A DNA stretch of 60,725 nucleotides, from NCBI GenBank assembly GCA_051941275.1, contig JAVEBF010000008.1, forward strand, positions 1 through 60,725, read 5' to 3'. Source of the stretch: Dirinaria sp. TL-2023a (lineage: Eukaryota). This document shows positions 26,572 through 41,845 of this stretch, in pieces. Both the position numbers and the translations under genes were made by a program. Under the pieces are notes generated by a model that was not told the DNA's origin, searched no databases, and saw nothing but the letters and a program-made list of their open reading frames with translations. The stretch's first letter is position 1, and every line of letters begins with the position of its first letter.

Positions 26572-27756
26572 ATGCCTGCACCTTTGGCGAAAGGTGAGTC
26601 ATTCCCTCTCGTACCTCACTAGGCAGCACTTGCCTGAAGCTACTTGCATGCTATATACACGAATAGCAGCTACCTTGTTCCTCCTATTGAACTCATTTGA
26701 CGAGAGTAATATGCACTAACATGTTGGTGGTAAGGCCTCATTCTCTCCTTCTCCATCCTTTTTGCCGCCGGCCTTGCCATCTATGAGAATAACCCTGAAA
26801 TCCGCAACTGGGTGGACAATTCTCGACGGAAAGTTGCGGTCGCCCTTCATGACCTAGGCGACGAGCTAGCCCCTCGCCCACAATCAAGACGCACGAGATC
26901 CCAAGATGCATCGACTAGGGAAGACGACTCGCCTGAAGCTGCCGAGCGCAGACGGAAGGCTAGAGCAGAGATCATAGAGCGAGGAAGGGTAATGGAGGAG
27001 CGTAGAAGAGCAAAGAGGGCTAGTGGGAAGAGCTTTGACGACCTCGTCGATCAGGATGGCGTTCTGAAAGCCGATGGTACCAGCGCGAAAGCCACGGCAA
27101 CACAAGCGCAGCCAATGTCATCCGAAATGAGGAAGAGGAACGTCGAGGCCCAAGCAGTTGCTCTAGGAGCCACCTTGGCCAACCCTTTCGCGGATGAAAT
27201 TCCTATGGAGTTCTGCCCTGCCGAGGATAAAGTCATTTCTCTCCCTCATTCCCAGCCTAGCACACCCACCCTTGGCTCGCCATCGCAGCCAGTACTGACC
27301 CCAGAGACACCCCGCACGCTTCTCATTGACACCGATGAGATTTCAAACCATCCCTCCGAGCAGCTCGTCGATCTTACACCTACAACTTCCCAAGCCTCGG
27401 CGCCAACGTCGCCCCACCGTGAGGATCTCGCATCACTTGAACCTCTTTCTCCCCCCAACGACGATGAAGCTCCTGCACCGAACCCGTGGTCCATCTCGAT
27501 TGACGATTGGCCCGATAATGCGAATGCTTCCTTCTATTCGGCACCTGTGTCACAGTCTACGCCCTCCGAACATCATGCTCCTGTAGAGCACGAGGAAGAA
27601 TTGGGCACAGGAGCCACTACGCCTACCATATCTGAAAGCGGCGAGCATGTCAGCCAGATCGGCAGTGACGACATGGATGTCTTGAGTGAGATCGACGGCA
27701 TAAGCACGCCAGGCAGCTGGACCGAGGCTGGCAGCGTAAGTAGTGAAGACTACTGA
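26572..27756 (+). CDS. Fungal hypothetical protein with N-terminal membrane anchor; intron 26594-26734
   Basis: The spliced product MPAPLAKGLILSFSILFAAGLAIYENNPEIRNWVDNSRRKVAVALHDLGDE joins the 314-aa ORF. The remainder is disordered and acidic, ending TPGSWTEAGSVSSEDY. Confidence 0.85.
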
Positions 27757-28111
27757 AGCATCTGTCGAATATGTTGACTTCTGAGCATGTCAAACGGCTA
27801 GGCGTACATATCTGTCAATAGATAGACTCTTATGTGTTGGTAATATCGTCTGGTGTCTGGTAAAGGGTTGAAAGGGTGCAGGAGTCGAGTCTTTCCCTGG
27901 CGTATTGTTGTCTCGCCTATTCCCTGCAATTCTAAGGATTCGAATGTCCCTTCTTTCATAATGAGGCTTGTGATCATAGTACTCTGCATCTCGGTGAGTC
28001 GATTGATTCGCATCGACCTCTCCATTCCCCACTTGTTCGAGTGCACCTTGTCCTCGATTTGAGTTATATTTTCTTGGGAATCATCTTGCAAGAACACCGT
28101 CTAGCCAACGA

Positions 28112-28817
28112 TCACCCTCCCTCCCCTACAATCTTCTTCACCTTCTCCAATAGCACCCGACTCTCTCTCCCTAACCTCCTCTGCCCCTTCCGATCCGGCT
28201 TCCTCGCTGCCGCTGTCATCCTCCTCAATCTGTCCCTCTCGGCCAATTTCCGTTCCCTCTGCCTCTGTCTCTCCTGAATCGCTTGCCGCCGCGCTTCAGC
28301 CTCTTCTTTCTTCCGCTGCGCGAATTCAGACTCTTTTCCAAACGGCGCTGACCGAGGCTTGCGATGAGTTTCATGCCTAAAGGGCGGCGGCGCAGGCGCC
28401 GACTGCGAAGCATCAAGCATAGCCTGGCGTTCTGGATGGAGTTCGAGAGAAGGAGCAGAGGGTTCTTCGTCAGGCGCTGCAGTAGACGCTGCCGCTACCG
28501 CATATGGATCATAGATCGGAGCTTTGGACGATACGTGTTCACTTTCTTTCAGCTTCGCGTAAGATTTCTTGACTTTCGCCTTGTGAATCAGGTTGGATTT
28601 GATCTTCTGCGCTGGAGGAGGTTTGTTAGTCTGTTTTCGGAGACGAAGAAGGGGGGGTCGGGGGGATTGTGGTCGGGGATTTAATGTTACCTTTGCGGCG
28701 GTATGTACCGTCTGGCAGATTGTCGGGGCCGACGGTGAAGCCTTTCTTTGCTTTCTTGGCTGGTTGCACGCTGTCGTTGGGGTCGTTGTGTTCCGGCTCT
28801 TTGCGCTTTGAAGCCAT
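28112..28817 (-). CDS. Basic nucleolar rRNA-processing protein (Fyv7-like), 2 exons
   Basis: [18 protein letters not shown], a GTAACA..CTAAC..CAG intron, then K/R/E-rich coiled coil ending [15 protein letters not shown]. Confidence 0.75.
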
Positions 28818-29065
28818 GGTTTCGAATGTACTGTCTAGGGATTTTTGGCTGGGTCTAGAGACTATTCTGGACCTTGAAGAATTGCACTATATAAATTGAG
28901 AACGGGCTAGTCTCGGGTTATGGACTACTTCAAGGTAAGATAGACGATTCAAAAGTAAGATACACACGTACGGAAGTACTAGGTTTTTGCGTCTCGTTGA
29001 AAAGCAATTTCGATGTGGGTCCGGCATTATCTCGGGATCTGCAATTAGCGTTCTGTGACCACTTT

Positions 29066-29091
29066 ACGCGCTCCGACACGTTCAGACGCGT
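29066..29091. promoter_or_regulatory. MCB elements in the MCM3 promoter
   Basis: ACGCG at 29066 and a perfect ACGCGT at 29086, about 150 bp upstream of a DNA-replication gene. Confidence 0.55.
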
Positions 29092-29235
29092 CCGCCACGA
29101 CCGAGGGGGACCCACACCTCCAATCTTTGCGCCTTTTCTAAGTATCTCGGCCAATGCTGATGCTCTTATTCGGTCAATTAATTCACTGAACCTGTCGCCG
29201 CTCCATTTGGAATATCACTGTGTACGCTCGCCAAC

Positions 29236-32237
<3,002 letters not shown>

Positions 32238-33085
32238 AATCATCTTTTCAGACTAGGGAATCAGCATCGTTCTGGCGTGAGGGTATTCTGGGAGTGTAAG
32301 GGTATTTATAATGTATGCATGCAGCGTGTCGACTTTGTAGGATTAACAAGTAGAATTGTCATATTGCTTTCTAAGCTGCTAAATACCTAGATAAATACTC
32401 TGTTCATGGTGCCACGTTAAGTGTACTCGCATATTGTCTACTGTGAGTCTTGTCTCTTTATACAGCCAGTTTCGCTCTGATCAAGATCCTTTATGGAAGA
32501 GCCCATTTCAAGTACTTACTAGGTTGTTTCCGCATTGCTGTGCTCAGGTTGGCTTAGTCGAAAGCTTGGGAGCAGCACAAAGCGAGCCACTGTAGATGGA
32601 GTCTTGCTATACGACGATGATGACGACGGAAGGCACGAAAACAACGCGAGCGTCTGTCAGCAGACTTCGAACAAGTACTTGCACTTTTTGTCGAAACCGA
32701 TTATGGTATAACCACAAGCGCAGAAACGCTGCGATCACAGAAATAGGATCGATGCTCTTGGAAACGTGCCCTGCGGACGAAACACAATCATTATGCCAAG
32801 AAGAGACAGAAGTAAGAGTATAAAAAAAAGTGCGCTGTTGATATACCTCCGGGGGGGGGGGAGGGGGGGAAGGCTCCGAAGATATTCCATTCTGCAGAAA
32901 GCTTTGCAAGGAGGAAGTACGTAAGATTCCCTGAGTCTTGACAATTTCAAAAAGGCACTATGTCTCCCTCTTTCCCAACGCAGGATCGTCTTCGGTCCTT
33001 CGTTTTCCTAGGTAGGCGTTTGAAATACTTTCCAGCAGAGGCTAGGCTAAGTGAGAGTCGTATCCTGGCTCTGGATTGTTTTGAC

Positions 33086-33110
33086 CGAGTTCGAGTTCGA
33101 GTTCGAGTTC
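33086..33110. repeat. (CGAGTT)4 tandem hexamer
   Basis: Direct reading. A poly-G tract lies nearby at 32851-32869. Confidence 0.85.
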
Positions 33111-33739
33111 CCGGGTTGTTATTGACCTTTTTTTTTTTTTATATAAATTACTGAGCGGGAGGTATAAAGTAGATCAAAAAATCTATACAGGACTGTTCCA
33201 GCTACTGAAAGCCTCTAAGCCCTCGAGTTATGGATCTGGTTGAACCTGGCAGTACGGGCAACGTCGATATTGGCCTCAGAAAGGTCTCTCTGGCCGAAGT
33301 TACGCTGCAGAGGGAACAACTGAGTAGTTGGGTGCTACTCGATGTGAGGTTGTGGATGTATGGAATTACCGAGGAGACGGTTATTTGGAGTTTGACTAGG
33401 ACCTGCAAGGGTTCATTGACGATTCGGATTCTAGAGATTCTCTTGTATTGCATCAAGTTCTCCGCTGACGCCTGCGCTCTGTCCCACTCGTTGCTTCTAT
33501 GGGATCCTCATGACCGTTTGTCCGTCTTCTGCACATCTCCCATTATATTTCGAGAATCCAGAGCTTTGTCTCTGTACTAACATTCAAAGTCAGCAGCACT
33601 GGATGCTTTAGCGAGACCCGGTCGACTTAGTTGTCGATGTATACGGAGGGTATTCTGCAATGGGACGGAAATTTAGGCATTTAATTTGTTTTGCCCGACA
33701 AGATATATCTTCTCGGGTCGTAGCCCTGGCCCCTATGTT

Positions 33740-34643
33740 TCAATCACCAACAGCGTCTGCCCATCTGTCTCTCGCCTTGGCATTCTTCTTGGAATGCAAG
33801 AAGATGTACCAGTTGAACGCTCCTACGAACACTGCGCCCCCAGTGGCATTTCCGAGTGTTATTGGCAGCATACACTTCCACAGAAAACCACCAACGGACA
33901 ACGGAGCCCCAAGCATGATACTAATCGAGCCGAGGTACATGAACTCCACTGTGTGGGGAAGCCTTGCAGTGGTAGACATGAAAAAGGGGAGATGAAGACC
34001 CAGCGCTTTAGAAATGCCGTCATAGTTCTGCGTACCGAAGGACATGGCCAAGGTGACAAGGAATCCACAGCCGATGGCTTTGACAAAGATGATGTGCCAT
34101 TTTGACTCAATGATATCAACTGTGAATTGTCTGATAAGACCAGATTTGTACGGGTCCTCGGCCAATTCATTCGTTGCATAGGAGAAGACGGCTGATGAGA
34201 AGAGAGCGCCGACTAGGTTACCGATCCAGGAGACGACAAAGCAGAGGGCATACTGAGTGGGCTTCCCCTTGCGTTGAAGAGCAGTGATCATAAGCCACAT
34301 AGGATACCCAGTAAATCTGATAGGACATCAGCCAGTGCAAGCGAGTGACTTAAGATAAGAAGATTTACAGCTGTGCACCGATGAAATATATGATCACAAG
34401 TCCGGAAGGAAACGTAAATCCTTGCAGGAGTCGTGCAAGACCAGGATTAGACTCTTCCAGCCCTGGGGAACCAGCAGCGACGATAAGGGAGAAGAGGCCT
34501 GCGAACCCAAAAAGGAGACCGCCGTAAACGTTCTTCAAAAAGGTTACATGCGTAGCTTCAAAGAGATGGCGTAGGCCATTTTCGTACAACTCATCCGTTG
34601 CCTCGGACGGATTGAGAGCACCGGCTTCTGCGACGGCCATCAT
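33740..34643 (-). CDS. Formate/nitrite transporter (FNT) family channel, divergent; one intron (34368-34317)
   Basis: FPSGLVIIYFIGAQLFTG after splicing, SWIGNLVGA, KAIGC..LVTLA, H-T-V, PITLGNATGG. Six TM segments. Confidence 0.88.
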
Positions 34644-35574
34644 TCAACAAAAGCTTCGGGTGTGAAGAGGTGTGGTCTAGGAGATTTGCTAAGAGGAGAG
34701 GACATCAATGCTAGAATAGGACCTCGGAGCAGAATTTGCCCGTAATCTGAATGCCAAGGAGAGCGGAGGGGTACATGTATAGAAACGTCTTTTCTTTTTG
34801 AGGGGACGCTCACGCTTTGAATCAGCAACTAACTTACTCTCCAGATCTTCAAAGAAAGTGGAGATAAGGTGCCATAAGGAATTCTTGTCATCGCCGCAAT
34901 CTTCCAATTGATTTTCCCTGTTGGGCAGCTTCTTGCAGCCCACACATGGCCCAAAGATCCAGATAAGACAAAGTGCATTTCCCTTATGACGATGACTGGC
35001 CAAGCTTGGACTAGCTCTCACGCTAATCACCCTTGAGCGCTTGAGCGATTGACTAAGTACATACATTGATGTACCTTAGGACATAGTGTAAGTATGCACT
35101 GTACGTTGTGAAAAGGTCATGTGGGCAGTATTCCCAATGATCGTCAAGATGCTCATTGTCAGTCTCATCAGACTGCCAGGAGGTCGGACATCCGTTAACC
35201 AGGTGATAATATGTGATATGACTCGCGACTTTCCGTCATGACCCAATGATTGGTATTCAACCTTGTATCCGAGGCACTGTGCCTTAAGGTCTTCCATGCC
35301 CTGGCAAGATTCTCATTTTAGGTGATCTGGCGAGCAGCCTTAGAATTGGCAATTCATTGCCTTCGGACGTATGGCGAAATGGCAATGGACAGCATCTTTA
35401 AGGAGCCAAATTGCCAAAGTTTGCCAAAATGTATTAGGGACACAGTCAGAGAGCCTAAGGAAGGATCAAAAACAAAAGCCAACCAAACATTCGTTGCGCT
35501 ATTGACAATAAGCACGTATTATTGCCAGGGCATTGGATAACCACTAACCTTATAACCTTTCATTATGTCCGTCG

Positions 35575-36890
35575 TCATTTATACAATAGCTCATCTACCA
35601 TATCTGCAATCGCTAGAGAGCTTGTCAATCCCGGGCTCTCGATCCCTAAGAGATTTACAAAACCCGGAAAGCCGTCTTCTTTCTTGATATAGAAGTCGGA
35701 GAAGCCGTCGCCTTTGCCGCTGGCCACGGCACCACCCCTTCCTAGCTTTGGTCTGATCCCACTATAGTCCAATGCTACTTTTTCCCTCCTGATGCTGGGG
35801 AGATACGTCTCAATTGCGTCCAGCGCAGCCGGCAAGCGCTCTTCGTTGACTGAATAATCTGTTGGGTCATCAACCCACTCAACATCCGGTCCAAATCGAA
35901 TAGCTCCAGTCATGTCCATGGTCAAATGGGTTCCCAAGCCGGCAGCGCCTGTAGTAGGTGCAGGATAGATGAGTGTTTGGGGACGAGGACCTGCAGCAGA
36001 GTACGAGTAATAGGATCCCTTAGCGTAGTATGGCTTCATGTGGCGCGACGAAGGCAGGATGGAGTTCGACAGAGGTACAGCAAACAGACCAGCACTGTTA
36101 ATAAGCGTGTCAGTGGTGATCTTGTCAGTTTCTTTGGACGAGCCTGTCCTGGTGTGGATTCTGTAACCGCCTGTTCCAAAATCGATCGGCTCGATGGACT
36201 CAACCAATGTATGATTGGCTATATCGCCGCCTGACCCTTGAAAATCTGATTCGAGATACGACATGTACGCATGGGAATCAATGATGCCCGTAGTTGGGCT
36301 TTCGAGACATGCTTCAGTTACACGAACATCTGGCTCACGCTCATGAGCCTCAGATAGAGGCACGAAATGGGTCGGCACGCCAATGGACTTGGTAAATTCG
36401 TGAGTCCGCATCAGCTTTTCATGCTGCTCGCTATTCTGGGCTAGGATCCACTTTTTGGTATTGCGATACGGTATATTCTGCTTTTCACAAAGATCATAGA
36501 TCATGTGCTTGCCCTTGACGCAAAGGGCAGTCTTAAGCGAATTGGGACCATAATATATACCAGCATGTATCACCTACAAAGTTTAGTTAAATTCCATCCC
36601 CCAGAGACCTCGAATGAAGCTACCTCCGAATTCCGACTGCTGGTTTCGGTACCTGCAGCGCCATGTTTCTCAATCAAGAGAGTTGATGTACGGTCCCTTG
36701 CCGCGAGCTTGCGTGCAACCGCTAAGCCTACAGCCCCTGCTCCGATAATCTAGCTCTAGTAAGCGACTGAGAATCAGTATATCGTCGTTCGTTGATATAC
36801 CACATGAGTAAAGTCTGCGGAGCGAGCAGTTGAGGTGGCAAAGAGCCGGGCTCTACTTCGATTCCCATATAGAAGGGCCCGTGCAAACAT
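35575..36890 (-). CDS. L2HGDH: L-2-hydroxyglutarate dehydrogenase-like FAD oxidoreductase (LhgO family), probable mitochondrial presequence, 3 exons
   Basis: [61 protein letters not shown]. Confidence 0.92.
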
Positions 36891-37226
36891 CTCCGTAAGC
36901 AGGCTGATCAAGCGCAATAATATGTGAAACGGAGGAGCGCTGCATTGGGACTTCCCTCCTCATGACGAACAGTGATAGCGAATCACAATCACCACGATAG
37001 TACGTAAGGTAAAGCGCTACATTTTGTAATATTCTAGACTGACTCGACTGGCTCGGCTGGCCTGGTAGTAAGTAGGTAGACTCGGTAGAATCTTATCTCT
37101 AAACTCCGGGATTCAGCCGAGCGCCAAGCTACGAAATCTTGGCTAGAATTTCGAAATTCCGAGCTTGAGCAGAGTTCGCCAGAGCTACAACAAGCTGGCA
37201 CCATTTGCGAAGAGTCAATAGCGAGA

Positions 37227-38506
37227 ATGACCCCAGAATCCTCCGCGCTGACTGCGCGAGTCCAGTCGGGATCACCATATCAGCTGGACCAGTCTCAGGT
37301 AGACTTCTCTCCAAGTTTATAAAATCACAAGCTGAATTTCTCCAGATCCTCAGAGCTTCTACTGCGCTCCTCAACCATATGGAAAAATCTGCTGCCCAAG
37401 TCGCATTGGCCTCCGAGAAGAAAGATCTCCTCGCCCACTCCAATTCCTCATCTCCCTCGCCTACCGGGGGTGAACCAATTTGGCTTGTCCTTACAACGAA
37501 ACACCACATAACCTCCCAAGCCCGCCTCAAGCCTGGCAAAGTCTCTCTACCCCATTCTCTCAACACCAACCCAAGCTCGTCTATATGTATCATAGTGCCA
37601 GACCCGCAAAGGACATTCAAAGACATAATTGCGCATCCTCTTTTCCCCATACCGCTTGGTAAGAGGATAACGAAGGTGATCGGCATCAGCAAGCTGAAAG
37701 CGAGGTACAAGAGCTTCGAGTCCCGGAGGCAGCTGCGAGACGAGCATGACGTATTTCTTGCAGATAAGAGAGTTGTGACTATGCTACCGAAAAGCTTGGG
37801 CAAAGTATTTTACTCCAGCGGGACGAAAAGACCCGTGCCCATCGACCTCGAAGGCTACAAACCGAAAAAAGACGAGGGCGCAAACAAATTTTCGGTAGTG
37901 AAGAAGAAGCCGGAGAAGGATGAAGGGAGGACCGCGGCGCCGCCAGCCCAATGTGCTAAGGAGATCGAGCGGGCACTGGGATGCGCGCTCGTGCATTTGA
38001 GCCCTGCTGCGACAACTAGTGTGAAGGTGGGACTTAGTAGTTTCACATCCCAGCAAATTTCGGACAATGTCGAAGCAGTGGTTAATGGTATGATTGAGAA
38101 ATTCGTAACGAAGGGCTGGCGAAACGTAAAAGCCATACACGTCAAAGGACCGAATACCATGGCTTTACCGATCTGGCTTGCTGAAGAGCTATGGATAGAT
38201 GAGACAGATGTTTTGGAACCCGAAAAAGCCGAACAAGCCAAGCTATTGGCGAAACAAAGGGGAAAAAAGCAGAAGGGAACGAAGTTAGTAAAGGCCGGTG
38301 ATGCTATGGACGACACATCCAAGAAGAGAAAATTGGAGGATACAGGATTCCCTCAAGAGATGAAGGAGCGGAGAGAGAAGTTGAAGGCGCAGAAAAAGGA
38401 AATGAGGGAAGCTGAGGACCAATTAATTGAACGGGAGAAGGTAGCGAAAGCCGGTGAGCCGCCAGTCAAGAAGGCCAAACGGCGGAAAATTGCTGCAGAA
38501 GAGTAA
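37227..38506 (+). CDS. Ribosomal protein L1-domain nucleolar protein (RSL1D1/Cic1/Utp30-like), 2 exons
   Basis: MTPESSALTARVQSGSPYQLDQSQ splices to ILRASTALL. LKARYKSFESRRQL..HDVFLAD, LPKSLGKVFY, KGPNTMALPIW, K-rich tail. Confidence 0.9.
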
Positions 38507-38722
38507 TTTTGCAAGCATTACTGAAGCAGCACTTCAATGTCTGATAGCTTTGGCGCTGTAAAGAAGTGATTGCGTTACGAGCGCTCTGCGCAAGTGATGG
38601 ACTTGACATTTGGGTTATCGAGGTGGTGATGCTATATCATGAGGATACCTAGTGTCCCAATACTCCGTCCCATGAATACTTGTCTCATTCTCAGAATAAG
38701 AATTTGATCTGGCATACGCTCA

Positions 38723-39730
38723 CTAATCAGCTTTTAGGTACTTCTGGAACACCTCACTAAGTAAATCCTCCGTCAATTGCATGTGCCCTCCAGGTATTGT
38801 ATTAAGTTGCAGCTGGTTGGCTTCGTCTAGGATCTTCAAACCTAGCCAATCTTCTTTGTAAATCTCACGATCTTGCAGTTTCGTAATTTTGCCTGACGTA
38901 GTGTTAACCTCGTGGAAGAAGGCGCTCTCCTTGGGTACGACTGTCGTGTCATTTGCAAACATGTACATTGCGAAATTCTTCAGCCCTGCAATATTCTTCT
39001 TATACGTGCTATTCTTCACGTCTTTCTCGTTGTTCACATCGACAAGGAAATTGCTGTACTCAAGGTACGAATCAAGGTCTTCTGGGTCTCGGAAGTATTG
39101 GGCGGGAACGAGGTGGGACTGCACCCATTCACTCCAAGTTTTCGTCTTCAGATACCCGGACCAGGTCTTGCAAAGCCAATCATTATCCTCACAGTTGTTG
39201 AACTCGCTGATACCATTGTGCTGGCTCCCGAAAGTGATCAAGTTTGCCACTCGAGGGTTATTGCATCGTTCGACGTACCCTCTCAGGAACTGCCCACCCT
39301 GGGAAAAGCCTATCGCATTTACAGCGGGTGCTTGTGAGAGAATAGGATGAGTTCTGAGGTCTTCGCAGGCTTGATCGATTTGGGTAGTCACATTGCCTAA
39401 GAAGGTAGCTGTGCGATCGGCTGAGGCGTCTTCATCAAGATGGATAAAGTAGGTATATGTGCCGCCGATGGTTTGGTTCACGAGCTCGGCAATCGATTGA
39501 AGACCATCAGCCTTGTAGCTATAGTATACTATGAGTAAGTGACTCCATCGTAGTAAGAAGCCTTACTTGTCACCCAAGCCATGCCAGACGATCAGAGGCA
39601 GGTTCGATGTGGTCGCAGCTGGGCTTGCTCCTGAGTTGGATGCTAGAGGTACTTGAGGTATTACAGAGGCGAGACATCTTTGCAAAGAGCTCAAGATTAG
39701 TATCAGTAAGGGTTTCGGCAGCTTCATCAT
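38723..39730 (-). CDS. Secreted/vacuolar palmitoyl-protein thioesterase (PPT1-like), 2 exons
   Basis: Signal peptide, VWHGLGD, nucleophile motif GFSQGGQFLR, DTTVVPKES and GGHM. Confidence 0.93.
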
Positions 39731-40209
39731 GTTGTCTATTGCACAGTTTAGGACTTTAGTGGCAACCAGACAGCTTCTGATAAACTGGTCGAGTATTTGT
39801 ATGCAGGGTTTGTCTAGGGCTATTGAAAGCCAAGAACAGGGTGGTACCTAAGGTAAGGTCAGGTAGATACACGAGGTACAGTAGGTACCTAAGGTCAGAA
39901 CCTTTAGGTAAGGACGTGGGTAAATGTTGAAGGTAGATGTACTTCACCACTCTGAAGTGTCTAAAGTAGCAGCCTTCACAACGGACACCGATATGTCAAT
40001 GTTCCGTCGAAAATCGCCGTTCCGAATAAGGAGTTAAGTGTGGTATTCCCTTGTAACTGAGCAAAACCCCATAAACACACTCTTACAGAGTCGTGTTTGC
40101 TTCTCCTAATATTCTCAGAATATCAGCGTTATTGTCTTTTCCGGAGAAAAGAACAACAGAGCCTCGAAGTCCTAGAAGAGGGGCTTTTGTACGCCACCTG
40201 GAAATTACT

Positions 40210-41586
40210 ATGGCTCCAGCGGCCGCAAGTAATGTGGCCGACCAAATAGGCCCTCATCCATCATATATCCAAATCGCCAAACCTTATGTATTCGATCACA
40301 AGATACAAGAATGTCTCTTAGCGGCTGGTGTTACAGAAGCGAAGGAGGACAGCATTCGCCTTCAGGGCGTTGCGTGGATTGATAGTGTTCGAAAAGCTTT
40401 ACATTTGTATGTCAATCCAAACTGTGTAATTGCAGCACTGATTGTAAACTTCAGGCCAGTACGGACGTATAACACAGCAGCGGTGTATTATCATAAATTT
40501 CGCCTCGTCCATCCGGACAATAATGGTTACATTGTCTGTTTTCCTTGTCATTTGTTGCACGAACAAGGCTCACCGTATCTTAGGACGCTGCTGGCGCAGC
40601 GCTATTTACAGCCTGTAAAATTGAAGACACGTTAAAGAAATCTAAGGAGATATTGTGTGCTGCGTACAATCTCAAGCTTTCACCTGCAGAACAAGTCACT
40701 CCAGATGATCCGGTATGCGCTACTTGATACAATGTTAACCGCGGTGTGTTGAATGATGGGTAGATGTTCGAACAGCATTCGAAAGTCATAATTGGTTTAG
40801 AACGTCTTATGCTCGAAGCTTCCGGATTCGATTTCAGAAACCGAAGCCCGCAAAACCTGCTTGTTAAATTGGCCAAATACTACAACGTTGATCGAGAAAC
40901 AGTGGGCAAGACCGCCTACAACATGTCATTAGACTTGTATCGTACGTTCGGGCCACTCAAACAGACGACTCCGACAATGGCAATAGCCTGCGTGGAACTC
41001 TCAGCGCGTGTCCATGATTGGGCGCTGGAAGAAATTCAGAATGATCAGACCTACAAGAAATGGAGGACTACGCGTCCCCAAGTCATGGGTAATACTTGTA
41101 CTGCTCTTTTCTTAGTATAGTAGAAGCTGACCATTATCAGAGACCATGCTCGACCTTCTCGACCTTTACACACATCACCGGGGTTCGACTATAGTCGGCC
41201 TACAACATCCTGTCGAGTCATTCATCAACCTCCGAATTGTTCTGAATCAGGAGGCTTCTGCCCACAAGTACCCTCGTTTCACTGAGGGTCCTGCTAGTAG
41301 ACCCGAACCCAACGGCTTGAAAGCTACGAACGGTGGTCCAGATAAGCAACAAGTCCATTCACCAGCTGACGACCCAATCAAGAGCATAAGATCGCCACAG
41401 GAGATTGTTTCCACCAACGGCACAGGTAGCCCTACACAAGGCAAGCCTGGCCTCCGCGATGGCACTGTACGCTTCATGCTTGACGCTGAACGCGCACGAG
41501 AAGAGCGGCATGCCGTTTCGGAATTCTTCAAGGTGGAAATGGAAGAGTACGAAGTGGAGATTGAGCGCGAGAGAAAAAGAGTCTGA
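40210..41586 (+). CDS. CTK2: CTD kinase cyclin subunit (Ctk2/cyclin K-like), 5 exons
   Basis: RLQGVAWIDSVRKALHLPVRT..TAAVYYHKF, AALFTACKIEDTLKKS, ERLMLEASGFDFR, DLYRTFGPLKQ, LDLLDLYTH, GTVRFMLD. Confidence 0.92.
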
Positions 41587-41845
41587 GCTCCCTAAGGAGC
41601 TGTGCTATTTGGTTCCGTCATATCTGACCAACAGGATTCGTGTAGGAACTATTAAACCAGCACCATAGGCCCAACAAGCGCCCTTTCGACAAACTACAAT
41701 CGAAGAGCACTGAGCAGAGAGGTGTCAATAGAAAAAGAGTCTGAGCTCCCCATGGAGCTATGCATTGTTAAATTTCCACATGATATCTAACCAAAAATCC
41801 CTCGACTAGGAAAACTTAAATCCGCACCAAAAGCCCAACAAACGT
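41540..41845 (+). repeat. Degenerate tandem duplication (period about 160 bp) of the CTK2 stop region and proximal 3' UTR
   Basis: Identical 21-mer AGAAAAAGAGTCTGAGCTCCC at 41572 and 41730. Downstream colinear matches are GGAGCT.TGC, ATATCT.ACCAA and GCACCA.A.GCCCAACAA. Confidence 0.85.

Noticed and set aside
33230..33580. 116-aa + strand ORF downstream of TATA-like sequences
   Set aside because: No recognisable motif or clear codon bias, and an equally plausible antisense frame exists; I cannot support it as a gene.
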